The notes under the pieces were generated by a model that had not been told where the DNA came from, made no database searches, and was given only the letters and a program-made list of their open reading frames with translations. From Pseudomonadales bacterium (GTDB lineage Bacteria > Pseudomonadota > Gammaproteobacteria > Pseudomonadales > Azotimanducaceae), in contig OZ220737.1 in the NCBI GenBank assembly GCA_965116935.1, positions 1,011,686 through 1,075,685 on the forward strand: 64,000 bases of DNA. Reading direction: 5' to 3'. The position numbers and the translations under genes were made by a program. This document shows positions 18,499 to 27,843 of the stretch, in pieces (position 1 is the first letter of the stretch; the number at the start of each line of letters is the position of its first letter).

Positions 18499-19028
18499 TC
18501 ACCGCGCTTCGGCCAAGAACCTACGGAGGTCGCTTACATCCGCGAAGGGGCGGTAAGACTCGATGCCGAGAACCGCCTCGAAGTTGGACAACCTGACTTC
18601 TATCAGTGCCCGGTGGAACCGCCATTGAGCCCAATTGGCGGCCGCATCCTTCTCCCACACCGGCAAGTACCGTGGAATCTGATCTGCCGTCACCGTGCCC
18701 ATCATCTTCACGAGGGCGACGTTCTTCTCGAAGACCTCCCCAAGCGCCGCCGAATCCTGTTGCATCTTCTCCAGTCTTCCCCAGCCGTCCTCTATTTCAG
18801 CTTGCCGCGATGCCTCGGATACCTCGACGAGCTCCTCAAGGGTTGACGTGACCAGGCGCATCCGTTCACTCGCCGCGATCGCGAAGTCGACCATTTCCCA
18901 ATGCAACAGGCGGATCTGCATCGCGTGCTCCATCGAGGTCCGCGCCTCCTCGCTAGGGCACGGTTGCTCAGCAGCCGCACTGAAGCACTGAAGCCGAGTA
19001 GCGCAACAAGAACGAGGCATCGTTTCAT
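18499..19028 (-). pseudogene. Secreted hypothetical protein disrupted by an 8-bp tandem duplication
   Basis: ATG 19028 encodes the signal peptide MKRCLVLVALLGFSA. The tandem cactgaag-cactgaag (18978-18993, + strand) shifts the frame. Removing one copy joins the signal peptide in frame to ..AAAEQPCPSEEARTSMEHAMQIRLLHWEM.. (ORF 18499..19020). Confidence 0.6.
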
Positions 19029-19501
19029 GGCTTGCCCTCCTGCACCCAATCTAAGTGCGGTTTCGTCTGCCCAAGTATGAGCCTAGCGTGGGCGCTCCAC
19101 GCCAACCATGCGTCGCGGTCATCGACGGCCGCGCCAAGGTGGCAAGGACTCTGCGCAACAGAGCACGATGCATTGCAGTCCGTGGTCCCTCCAATCCAAA
19201 ATGATCCTCAAGCTCGTGCGGCTTCGCGTAGTCTTGGGCCCCGCGCCCGCGGACGAACGGAGATGGCTGTCGACACCAACACCCAGTTGGAACTGCCGCT
19301 CGAGCCCAGTCGGACTCCATATGCGACATTTTCGATCGCGACAAATCGGGAGTTTTCGGTCGCCATTGACAAGCAACACACCTCGCCATTCGCACCTAAG
19401 GGCGCAGGGTCACGCACGACGACCCATAGAATCGGGCCGGACTGACATGGCATGCCACATCGCGTATTACGCACTACTCAACCGCTACCCCTTCATGGGC
19501 G

Positions 19502-20269
19502 ATGACTAGCTTGACTCGCGTGATCCCCTCAATTGCCGTTACGCTGGCACTGTCGGCTTGCGCTACGGTCTCCGATGGCTCCGCTCCACGTGAGCCCTTG
19601 TCCGGCACAGCATCAGCAACGCAGATGGAGGCTCGGGGTGAACATGTCGCCGCCCGCGAGGCCAAAGTTGCCCATCGCGAGACCGCCGTCGCGGGCCGCG
19701 AGACCGACGTCGCGGGCCGCGAGACCGCCGTCGCGGGCCGCGAGACCGCCGTCGCGGGCCGCGAGACCGCCGTCGCCGGCCGCGAGACCGCCGTCGCCGG
19801 CCGCGAGACCGCCGTCGCCGGCCGCGAGACCGCCGTCGCCGGCCGCGAGACCGCCGTCGCGGGCCGCGAGACCGCCGTCGCGGGCCGCGAGACCGACGTC
19901 GCGGGCCGCGAGACCGACGTCGCGGGCCGCGAGACCGCCGTCGCCGGCCGCGAGACCGCCGTCGCGGGCCGCGAGACCGACGTCGCAGGCCGCGAGACCG
20001 ACGTCGCGGGCCGCGAGACCGACGTCGCGGGCCGCGAGACCGCCGTTGCCGGCCGCAACGACAAAACCGACCAACCCACATCGACCTGGACCGGAATCGC
20101 AACCCTTGTCATTGCATTGCTGGGGCTGGTGTTCCTGATCGTGAAACTGATGGTCCAATCTGAATTGGCGAAGCACATCAGCCGCCGCCACAAGGAATCG
20201 CCCTCGGGCCGCGAACTTCATCTCGTGACCGGTGCGGAAGACGAGCGTCACCAAGCCACATCTCGCTAA
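19502..20269 (+). CDS. Lipoprotein with ~18 perfect heptad repeats (RET[A/D]VAG) and a C-terminal transmembrane helix
   Basis: Lipobox LALSAC, then (RETAVAG/RETDVAG)n, then WTGIATLVIALLGLVFLIVKLMV. This frame was chosen over four other open frames across the repeat because only it carries the signal and TM features. Confidence 0.65.
   Translation: MTSLTRVIPSIAVTLALSACATVSDGSAPREPLSGTASATQMEARGEHVAAREAKVAHRETAVAGRETDVAGRETAVAGRETAVAGRETAVAGRETAVAGRETAVAGRETAVAGRETAVAGRETAVAGRETDVAGRETDVAGRETAVAGRETAVAGRETDVAGRETDVAGRETDVAGRETAVAGRNDKTDQPTSTWTGIATLVIALLGLVFLIVKLMVQSELAKHISRRHKESPSGRELHLVTGAEDERHQATSR
19677..20054. repeat. 21-bp tandem repeat, about 18 units
   Basis: cgcgagacc-g(c/a)c-gtcgc(g/c/a)ggc is repeated head to tail. 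Only 2-3 variable positions. Open in five reading frames. Confidence 0.95.
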
Positions 20270-20525
20270 GGCCTCGCTCGTTCCGCCGTAGACCTCGCGG
20301 TCTAGAGTGGCACCCCGCCGTCACAGGTCTGTCCACTCCCATAGGCTGCGCTGCGACCCACCGCCCAACACTGGCGTGACTGAACGCCTCACCATGCCGG
20401 CGCCGCCCGTACCCTGTGCTTCCACCACGCAGCATAGCCAGGTCCTTGAGCTACGGCCCGCGGATCACCTTCCCATGACGCAGCTGTGCTAGTGTGGTAG
20501 CTCCTTGCCGTGAGGTATCTTAGAG

Positions 20526-21017
20526 TTGGGCTTCTGGGACAGGGCTGGGGAACTCGTCACCTCTGCCGTGCAGTTCGCAACCACGCTTGCTAGTCGTTAC
20601 GACCCCGTGATTGAGGGTAGAACCGTCAGCGATTGGGACCGGAGTTGGCAACCGGCGGGTCGCCTTTCCTCGGACAATCGCCACGAAGAGCAGTGGCGCC
20701 AACGTAACCACGAGATTGGCGTGTATCGGGCGCTAGCTGGCGACGAGGTCCTCTACATCGGCCGCGCGATTGAAATCAACAACGGCGGGTTTCGGAAGCG
20801 GCTCAGCGACTACACTCGCGAGAGTGACAGCGGGCGGAAGCACGAATCCGGCCGGAGGCTGAATTTCCATGCTGCATTACTCGATGTGGAGGTGCTTCCG
20901 ATGCGAACAGTTGATGGGGCCAAGTTGCTGGAGACACTCCTAATTGCGAGGCACCAACCACCGTGGAACGTGCAGGGAAGGAGGTTACGCCGACCCCACC
21001 CATCACCGGGCCTCTAG
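20526..21017 (+). CDS. GIY-YIG domain protein
   Basis: GVYRALAGDEVLYIGRA..GGFRKRLSDY (GIY..YIG..R) and ETLLIARHQPPWN (E..N). TTG start in the track. Confidence 0.6.
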   Translation: MGFWDRAGELVTSAVQFATTLASRYDPVIEGRTVSDWDRSWQPAGRLSSDNRHEEQWRQRNHEIGVYRALAGDEVLYIGRAIEINNGGFRKRLSDYTRESDSGRKHESGRRLNFHAALLDVEVLPMRTVDGAKLLETLLIARHQPPWNVQGRRLRRPHPSPGL

Positions 21018-21200
21018 AGAGCCGCCGCGCGATGCACGTTACCCAATGACACCCCCCCCGCTGCGCCGGGTCACCCGGCCCGGGGGGTTGTCTGCCGAAG
21101 CGCGTGAACCGCCCGTGGACACTGACGTGGTAATCAACGAGTACGCGGCAGCCCGAATCTCCAAGCGCCCACACGCAACTCCTCGATCCCCCGACACGGA

Positions 21201-21295
21201 CCCACCTTCCCATGACCTTGCACCGCATACGCGGCGCGTCCGCGCCGCTCCTGCGGTGCAAGCTCTTGGCGCCCTCCCTCCAGGCCCGTCCATCA
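21201..21295. repeat. Copy of repeat part Y at the right island junction (attR-like)
   Basis: cccaccttccc followed by a ttgcaccgca..tgcggtgcaa hairpin, aligning with 14039-14125. Confidence 0.75.
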
Positions 21296-21371
21296 GGAAG
21301 GAAATCTGGCCTGTACAAGTTGCGAGAGGGCGGTGCGCGTTTACACTCGCCGCCTTGTTCTTCGTTGCCGG

Positions 21372-22589
21372 ATGTCTCCCATGCCCCGCAAGATTGCGCT
21401 CGCCTATTCCGGCGGGCTCGACACTTCCGTCATGTGCCGCTGGTTGCAGGAGATGCACGAGGCCGAGGTGGTCACGTTTACCGCCGACATCGGTCAAGGT
21501 GCCGAAGTGGAGCCGGCGCGCGCCAAGGCCGAGGCGCTGGGAGTGCGGGAGATCTTCATCGAGGATCTCACCGAGGCGTTCGTTGCCGACTACGTCTTTC
21601 CCATGTTCCGTGCCAATGCGCTCTATGAAGGGGAATACCTCCTTGGCACCAGCATCGCGAGGCCGCTCATTGCCAAGCGCCTAGTGGAGGTGGCAGCCGC
21701 CACCGGGGCAAGTGCAATCGCCCATGGCGCCACCGGCAAGGGCAACGATCAGGTGCGCTTTGAACTTGCTGCCTATGCCCTCAATCCCGACATCGAGGTC
21801 ATCGCACCCTGGCGCGCGCCGGAGTGGGGGCTGCACTCCCGCGAGGCCTGCATGGCCTATGCCGCCGAACGCCAGATTCCGGTGGATTTCCAGCGCAGCG
21901 GCGGTTCGCCCTATTCCATGGATGCCAACCTGTTGCACATCTCCTACGAGGGCGGCGGGCTCGAAGACCCCGGTAATCCCCCGGACGAAGACATGTGGCG
22001 CTGGAGCGTGTCGCCCGAGCGCGCACCGGATGCGCCGCTCGACCTCGACATCGACTTCGCCGGCGGCGACGCTTCGGCGCTCGACGGCGAAGCCATGAGC
22101 CCGGCCACACTGCTGCGACGCCTGAACGAAATCGGCGGTGCGCACGGCGTAGGACGCAGCGACATCGTCGAGAACCGCTACGTCGGCATGAAGTCGCGCG
22201 GCTGCTACGAAACTCCGGGCGGCACCATCCTGTTGAAGGCGCACCGAGCGGTCGAGTCGATCACCTTGGACCGCGAGGCGGCGCACCTCAAGGACGAACT
22301 CATGCCTCGCTACGCGGCGCTGATCTACAACGGCTATTGGTTCTCGCCCGAGCGGCTCGCCCTGCAGGCTCTCATCGACGAGACGCAAAAGGTCGTGCAT
22401 GGTCGCGTCCGCGTGCGCCTCTACAAAGGCGCCGTGAGCGTGATCGGGCGCTGGTCCGACAGCCACAGCCTGTATGACGAAGGCGTCGTCACCTTCGAGG
22501 ACGACGCTGGCGCGTATCAACAGGAAGACGCCACCGGCTTCATCCGCCTGAACGCCCTGCGCCTAAGGCTTGCGGCCCGGCGGGGGTAG
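21372..22589 (+). CDS. argG: Argininosuccinate synthase
   Basis: [13 protein letters not shown] (N-type ATP pyrophosphatase motif), [35 protein letters not shown]. Confidence 0.93.
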   Translation: MSPMPRKIALAYSGGLDTSVMCRWLQEMHEAEVVTFTADIGQGAEVEPARAKAEALGVREIFIEDLTEAFVADYVFPMFRANALYEGEYLLGTSIARPLIAKRLVEVAAATGASAIAHGATGKGNDQVRFELAAYALNPDIEVIAPWRAPEWGLHSREACMAYAAERQIPVDFQRSGGSPYSMDANLLHISYEGGGLEDPGNPPDEDMWRWSVSPERAPDAPLDLDIDFAGGDASALDGEAMSPATLLRRLNEIGGAHGVGRSDIVENRYVGMKSRGCYETPGGTILLKAHRAVESITLDREAAHLKDELMPRYAALIYNGYWFSPERLALQALIDETQKVVHGRVRVRLYKGAVSVIGRWSDSHSLYDEGVVTFEDDAGAYQQEDATGFIRLNALRLRLAARRG

Positions 22590-22631
22590 CGGAGCGCACG
22601 CTTGGGAACGTCCCCTACGACGCGCCCGCAA

Positions 22632-22739
22632 GCGCCGCCAAACCCCTCGCTGGCGCTCGGCGTCTGGCCCCAGCCCCCACCTACCTATGCGCTTGCGCCG
22701 TAGAATGACGCAGTCGCGCCATTTCTACGGCGCAAGCTC
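22632..22739. repeat. GC-rich intergenic repeat (family with cgccgccaaacccctcgct...cccccacc plus hairpin)
   Basis: Shares its 5' half with 13986-14047 and 15224-15279, and the whole length (inverted) with 59954-60059. Contains the 14-bp-stem hairpin gcttgcgccgtaga/tctacggcgcaagc. Confidence 0.75.
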
Positions 22740-22789
22740 CTAGGGGTTAGAATCCGCTAGAGGGTCGAGAGGGTACGGCGGAAGAACGG

Positions 22790-23950
22790 GTGGCTAGCGA
22801 GCCGAGCAAGAAAATCCTCGTCGTGGATGACGAGCCAGATGTCGAGCGCTTGATCCGGCAACGCATGCGCCGGGACATCCGTTCCGGCAAGTACGAGTTC
22901 CTCTTTGCTGGTGATGGGGTGCAGGCCCTCGCCCGACTGCACGAGGCGCCGGATGTCGAGCTGGTGCTCTCCGACATCAACATGCCGCGCATGGACGGCC
23001 TCACCCTGCTCGATGAGGTCGGCAAGCTGAATCTGGATCTGCGCTCCGTGATCGTGTCGGCCTACGGCGACATGGAGAACATCCGCACGGCGATGAATCG
23101 AGGCGCCTTCGATTTCGTCACCAAGCCCCTCGACTTCAACGACCTGCGCACCACCGTGGACCGCGCCCTCGCGAATGCCGAGATGTGGCGCGAGGCGGTG
23201 GCGTCCCGCGACAAGCTGCTCGCCATCCAGAACGAACTCACGATTGCCAACCAGATGCAGCAATCCATCCTGCCGAGCACCTTTCCCTCCAATCCGGAGT
23301 ATCAGATCTACGGCAGCATGGACCCGGCGCGGGATGTCGGCGGCGACTTTTTCGACATCTTCCAGCTCGAAGACGGCCGGGTCGGCCTCGCCATCGCCGA
23401 CGTGTCCGACAAGGGCGTGCCGGCGGCGCTGTTCATGATGTCGAGTCGGACGCTGCTCAAGGGTTCGGCCATCGGCAACCGCCACCCGGGTCCCGCGCTG
23501 ACGGAGGTCAACAACCTGCTGTCCGACGACAACGACGCGGCCATGTTCGTGACCATGTTCTACGCCATCTACGATCCTGCCGCCGGAACCTTGGACTATG
23601 CCAACGGCGGCCACAACCAGCCGGTGCGCGTCCAACCCGACGGCACGGTCACCGATCTCGCCACCACCGGCGGCATCGCCTTGGGCGTCGCATCGGGCAT
23701 CACCTACAACGAGACGCAGATTTCCCTCGATCCCGGCGACAGTGTCGTGCTCTACACCGACGGGGTGACGGAGGCCACGGACGTTGCCAAGGAGGAGTTC
23801 GGCATGGAGCGGCTGCACGAGGTGTTCGCGGGAGGCGCCCCCCGGAATGCCCGCGAGATCAACGACCGGGTGTTCGATGCAGTGCGTCGCTTCGCCAACG
23901 GCGCACAGCAGTCCGACGACATCACCTGCTTGGTGCTGCACCGCAACTGA
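22790..23950 (+). CDS. Response-regulator receiver fused to a PP2C/SpoIIE phosphatase (RsbU-like)
   Basis: ILVVDDEPDV ... LVLSDINMPRMDG (receiver), then GGDFFDIF, IADVSDKGVPAALFM, DDITCLVL (SpoIIE/PP2C). Confidence 0.85.
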   Translation: MASEPSKKILVVDDEPDVERLIRQRMRRDIRSGKYEFLFAGDGVQALARLHEAPDVELVLSDINMPRMDGLTLLDEVGKLNLDLRSVIVSAYGDMENIRTAMNRGAFDFVTKPLDFNDLRTTVDRALANAEMWREAVASRDKLLAIQNELTIANQMQQSILPSTFPSNPEYQIYGSMDPARDVGGDFFDIFQLEDGRVGLAIADVSDKGVPAALFMMSSRTLLKGSAIGNRHPGPALTEVNNLLSDDNDAAMFVTMFYAIYDPAAGTLDYANGGHNQPVRVQPDGTVTDLATTGGIALGVASGITYNETQISLDPGDSVVLYTDGVTEATDVAKEEFGMERLHEVFAGGAPRNAREINDRVFDAVRRFANGAQQSDDITCLVLHRN

Positions 23951-23960
23951 GGGCTTCGAC

Positions 23961-24374
23961 ATGGCCGACACGCGACTCACGCTGTCGATTCCCGAAGACG
24001 AGGATGCCTTGGAGCAAACGCTCGAGAAGGTGGACGACTTGGCCGAGGCGCACGACTGGCCCACAGCTTCCGCTTACCAGATCCGCCTCGCCATCGAGGA
24101 AATCGTCCTCAACGTCATCAAGTACGGAGTGGTCGGTGGGGGCCAGATCGACATCGACATCTCGCCGGGCCCAGACGCGGTTGCCGTGCGCATCAGCGAC
24201 AACGGCAAGGCGTTCGACCCGACGCACGACTCGGAGGTGCCCGACACCGACGCCGAACTCCATGACCGGCCCATCGGCGGTCTCGGCGTCTTCCTCGTCG
24301 GCCGGGTCATGGACGAGTTTCACTACGTGCGCGAGCAAGACCTCAACGTCGTAACCCTGATCAAGAAGCTCTAG
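23961..24374 (+). CDS. RsbW/SpoIIAB-like anti-sigma-factor-type Ser kinase (HATPase_c_2)
   Basis: Start at MADTRL. IEEIVLNVIKYG, ISDNGKAFDP, GGLGVFLVGRVMDEF. Confidence 0.75.
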   Translation: MADTRLTLSIPEDEDALEQTLEKVDDLAEAHDWPTASAYQIRLAIEEIVLNVIKYGVVGGGQIDIDISPGPDAVAVRISDNGKAFDPTHDSEVPDTDAELHDRPIGGLGVFLVGRVMDEFHYVREQDLNVVTLIKKL

Positions 24375-24376
24375 CC

Positions 24377-25567
24377 ATGTGCATCGGGCGGCACGAGCGG
24401 CGGCGGCGCGGTGTCCTGTGCATCGCCACCGCGCTCGCAGCCTTCGCCGCACTCCCTGGTTGGGGCCAGGTCGCGGGGGTTGCCGACGACAGCATCCTCT
24501 TTGGCCAATCCGCCGCCTTCAGCGGTCCGGCGGAACAGCTTGGACGCGACATGCGGCTCGGCATCGAGGCCGCCTTTGCGGAGGCCAACGCCACCGGCGG
24601 CATCCATGGCCGGCGGCTTGAGCTCTTGTCTCGCGACGATGCTTACGAACCGGAAGCCGCCATCGCCAACACCCGCCGCCTGATCGAGGAAGACGGCGTG
24701 TTCGCCCTGATCGGCGCAGTCGGCACCCCCACATCGCGTTCCGCCGCACCGGTGGCGGAAGCCGCCGGCGTGCCCTACATCGCGCCCTTCACCGGCGCCG
24801 AGTTTCTGCGTTCCTCGGCGCTTCAAAGCGTGGTGAATCTGCGCGCCTCCTACTATCAGGAGACCGAGGCCATGGTGGCGCACCTGATCGAGGACCTGGA
24901 TGTCCGCGACATCGCCGTGATGCGCCAGGACGACTCCTTTGGCCTCGCTGGGTACAACGGCGTGCGGCTGGCGATGGAGCGACGCGACATGGAACTCGCT
25001 GCCACCGCGGTCTATCGGCGCAACACCACGGCAGTCAAGACGGGCGTTCTGGATCTCATGCGCGCCGAGCCGGGTGCCGTGATCCTCATCGGCGCGTACG
25101 AACCCGTGGCCGCCACCATCGCCTGGTCCCGCCATCTCGGCTTCGATCCCGTGTTCCTCACCATCTCCTTCGTCGGCAGCAATGCCTTGGCGGGCGAGTT
25201 GGGGGGGCGCGGCAAGGGCGTCTTCGTGACGCAGGTCGTGCCGTTGCCAAGCGATGACCTCGACGTGGTGCGGGCATACCGCAATGCGCTCGCGGCGGTG
25301 GACCAAGACGCCGTACCCGGATTCGTCTCCCTTGAGGGATACCTGGCCGGCCGCCTCGCCATCGTTGCGCTCGAGGGCGCTGGCGCCGAAGTCACTCGCG
25401 CACGGTTCCTCGAGACGTTGCACCAGGCCGGTGCCATCGACATGGGCGGATTTCAGCTCGAATACGGCACCGACGACAATCAGGGCTCGGACGCGGTGTT
25501 CGTCACGGTCATCGGCCCCGGCGGTGGCTATCGCAGCGTTGCGAATCTCGCAGAAGGGCGCCGATGA
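24377..25567 (+). CDS. Periplasmic substrate-binding protein (LivK / Peripla_BP_6-like)
   Basis: Signal peptide, then ILFGQSAAFSGPAEQLG ... LIGAVGTPTS, typical of branched-chain amino-acid-type SBPs. Confidence 0.8.
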   Translation: MCIGRHERRRRGVLCIATALAAFAALPGWGQVAGVADDSILFGQSAAFSGPAEQLGRDMRLGIEAAFAEANATGGIHGRRLELLSRDDAYEPEAAIANTRRLIEEDGVFALIGAVGTPTSRSAAPVAEAAGVPYIAPFTGAEFLRSSALQSVVNLRASYYQETEAMVAHLIEDLDVRDIAVMRQDDSFGLAGYNGVRLAMERRDMELAATAVYRRNTTAVKTGVLDLMRAEPGAVILIGAYEPVAATIAWSRHLGFDPVFLTISFVGSNALAGELGGRGKGVFVTQVVPLPSDDLDVVRAYRNALAAVDQDAVPGFVSLEGYLAGRLAIVALEGAGAEVTRARFLETLHQAGAIDMGGFQLEYGTDDNQGSDAVFVTVIGPGGGYRSVANLAEGRR

Positions 25568-27840
25568 GCGAGCCGGCGAACGGCGTCGAAGCCGAGTCCT
25601 CTCCCGCGAAGCGGCGCAGTTGGCTCAGTCGCCTGGCGCACATGCTGGACCGCATCGCGGTGCGCCTCTATCTCGCCATCGGCGGCGCAGTGCTCTTGAC
25701 GATGGCCGCGAGCCTCGTCGGCTGGCTGTCATTCGACGCGGTTGGCGACGCTCAGGAGCGGGTCGGGGAACGCAGCGTGCCCGGGCTCGTGGGTGCGTTT
25801 GGTCTGGCGCGACAGAGCAACCTGCTGGCGGTTGCGGCCGATCGTCTTGCCGCCGCCACGACGCCGGCCGAACTCGAGCGCGTTCGGGGCGCGGTGGGAC
25901 AGGATCTGGCGCTGTTTGAGGAGCATCTTGAAGCGCTCGCCAACGTCGATGCCGATGATGCCGTGTTGGCGGTGAGGGCGCAGGCGCAGGAGCTCGCCGC
26001 CAACATCGAGGCCGTCGAACGCTCGGTTGCGCAGCGCTTCGTCCTTTCCGGAAGACGCGAGGACTTGAGCGCCGAGTTGGCCGCGTTGCAGACGCGCTTC
26101 GAGGCGAGTTTCGCGAGCGCCTTGGACGATCAGCTCTTCTTCACGGTGACGGGCTTTCGCGACCTCGACTCCACGCCAGCGCCGCAGCAGCGCCACCTGA
26201 ACGCCGATCAGGTGATGCGTTACCGCCACCTGAGCGAGCTTTATGCCAACGCCACCATCGGCACGCGCCTCGTGGCGATGGCCTTCACTTCCACCGACGC
26301 GGCCTTGCTCGAACCCTTGCGGGAACGCTTCGAGGCGGCCAGCGACGGTGCCCGGCGCAGTCTCTCGGGGCTCGGCGAAGCCGAGCTACCCGAAGGGCTC
26401 ATAGAGGACTTCAACCGCCTGTTCGTCATCGGCTTTGACGAGGATGCTGGCTTTTCCCTGCGCGCCAGCGAGATCGCTCTTCTGCAAGAGCAGCAAACCC
26501 TCGCCCAGACCAATCAGCGCCTCGCCGCCGACCTCGTGGACGAGATCAACATCATGGTAGGTGCCGCGGAGCAGGATGCCGCCGCTGCCACCGAGGCGGC
26601 GGCCGAGGTCATCAACATCGGCGAAAACGCGTTGCTGCTCTTGAATGCGTTCAGCATCGTCGGCGCCTTGGCCATCGCCATGGTCGTGGTGGCGCCGCTG
26701 CTGCGCCGCCTGCAGCGGCTGGCAGATCGGATGCGCCAGATGGCTGCCGGGGACCTCAAGTCCAGCGTCGAGATCAAAGGCAACGACGAGGTGGCGGAAC
26801 TCGGTCGCACGCTGGAGGTGTTCCGGCTCCGCTCCATCGAAGCGCAGCGCCTCAACCTCGTCGAGCGCCAGGCGGAGGAACTGCGCCAGGTCAACTCGAG
26901 GCTGGAGGACACCCTCGGCGAACTGCGCCGGGCGCAGGATCAGATCGTCATGCGCGAGAAGCTCGCCGCGCTCGGCGAGCTCACCGCCGGTGTCGCGCAC
27001 GAGATCCGCAATCCCCTGAACTTCGTGAAGAACTTTGCCGAAGGCTGCACGGAGCTGTTGACCGAGCTGAACGAGGAACTGGCCGAACTCATCTCCGCCG
27101 AGGCGGGCCATCTCGACGACGAGCAGCGCGAATACGTGGCCGAGATCAACGGCGACATGAGCGAGAACCTCGAACGCATCCTGCACCACGCCAAGCGCGC
27201 CGATCGCATCGTGCGCGACATGCTGTCCATGGGACGGGGCGGCGGGGAGCCTCGCCCGGCCCCCATCAACGACCTGCTCGATGAACACGCTCGGCTTGCC
27301 TACCACAGCGCCCGCGCCACCGACTCCGACTTCAACATGGAAATCGAGACGGATTTCGATCCCGAGGCCGGGGAGATCGAAGTCGTGCCGCAGGATGTGG
27401 GGCGGGTGTTCCTCAACATGGTCAGCAATGCCGCCTACGCCACCAACGAGAAGCGGCGGGCGCGCGAGGAAGCCGGCGCGACCGACGACGGCTGGGAACC
27501 CGGCCTCAAGCTCAGCACCCGGCGTCGCGGCGACAGCGTCGAGGTGCAGGTTCACGACAACGGCAGCGGCATTCCTTCGGACTTGGTGGACAAGGTCTTC
27601 AATCCTTTCTTCACCACCAAGCCCACCGATCAAGGCACTGGCCTCGGCCTCGCCCTTTCCGCCGACATCATCCGCAACCACGGCGGCAGCATTCGGGTCG
27701 ACACCGAGGCCGGGGAGTACACGACGATGATCGTGGAACTGCCGGTGAAGGCGCCTGCCGCGTCGACCGCTATCGACGTCGAGGACGACAATGTAGGCGT
27801 CGACGAGGACGACGACGAGGGCACCGACGAGGAGAGCTGA
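25564..27840 (+). CDS. Membrane sensor histidine kinase with a HAMP domain
   Basis: 4-nt overlap with the SBP gene. HAMP (MAAGDLKSSVEIKGNDEVAELGRTLEVF), H-box AHEIRNPLN, N-box NMVSNAAYA, G-boxes DNGSGIP and GTGLGL. Confidence 0.88.
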   Translation: MSEPANGVEAESSPAKRRSWLSRLAHMLDRIAVRLYLAIGGAVLLTMAASLVGWLSFDAVGDAQERVGERSVPGLVGAFGLARQSNLLAVAADRLAAATTPAELERVRGAVGQDLALFEEHLEALANVDADDAVLAVRAQAQELAANIEAVERSVAQRFVLSGRREDLSAELAALQTRFEASFASALDDQLFFTVTGFRDLDSTPAPQQRHLNADQVMRYRHLSELYANATIGTRLVAMAFTSTDAALLEPLRERFEAASDGARRSLSGLGEAELPEGLIEDFNRLFVIGFDEDAGFSLRASEIALLQEQQTLAQTNQRLAADLVDEINIMVGAAEQDAAAATEAAAEVINIGENALLLLNAFSIVGALAIAMVVVAPLLRRLQRLADRMRQMAAGDLKSSVEIKGNDEVAELGRTLEVFRLRSIEAQRLNLVERQAEELRQVNSRLEDTLGELRRAQDQIVMREKLAALGELTAGVAHEIRNPLNFVKNFAEGCTELLTELNEELAELISAEAGHLDDEQREYVAEINGDMSENLERILHHAKRADRIVRDMLSMGRGGGEPRPAPINDLLDEHARLAYHSARATDSDFNMEIETDFDPEAGEIEVVPQDVGRVFLNMVSNAAYATNEKRRAREEAGATDDGWEPGLKLSTRRRGDSVEVQVHDNGSGIPSDLVDKVFNPFFTTKPTDQGTGLGLALSADIIRNHGGSIRVDTEAGEYTTMIVELPVKAPAASTAIDVEDDNVGVDEDDDEGTDEES

Positions 27841-27843
27841 GGC

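Larger units (their letters stand above)
15280..21200. mobile_element. Degraded integrative island (~5.9 kb) flanked by the 11-bp direct repeat cccaccttccc
   Basis: The repeat is at 15269-15279 and 21201-21211. The left flank equals repeat part X and the right flank equals part Y of the intact X-Y element at 13768-14130. Two tyrosine-integrase genes sit at the left end. Confidence 0.7.

Noticed and set aside
19533-20254. Four alternative ORFs (two per strand) across the 21-bp repeat, with RRRSRGP.., ARPPS(R/P)A.., GGLAA(R/G)D.. and SRPATAV.. periodic peptides
   Set aside because: Only the 19502..20269 frame has a plausible start context, lipobox and C-terminal TM helix. The others are repeat-driven open frames.
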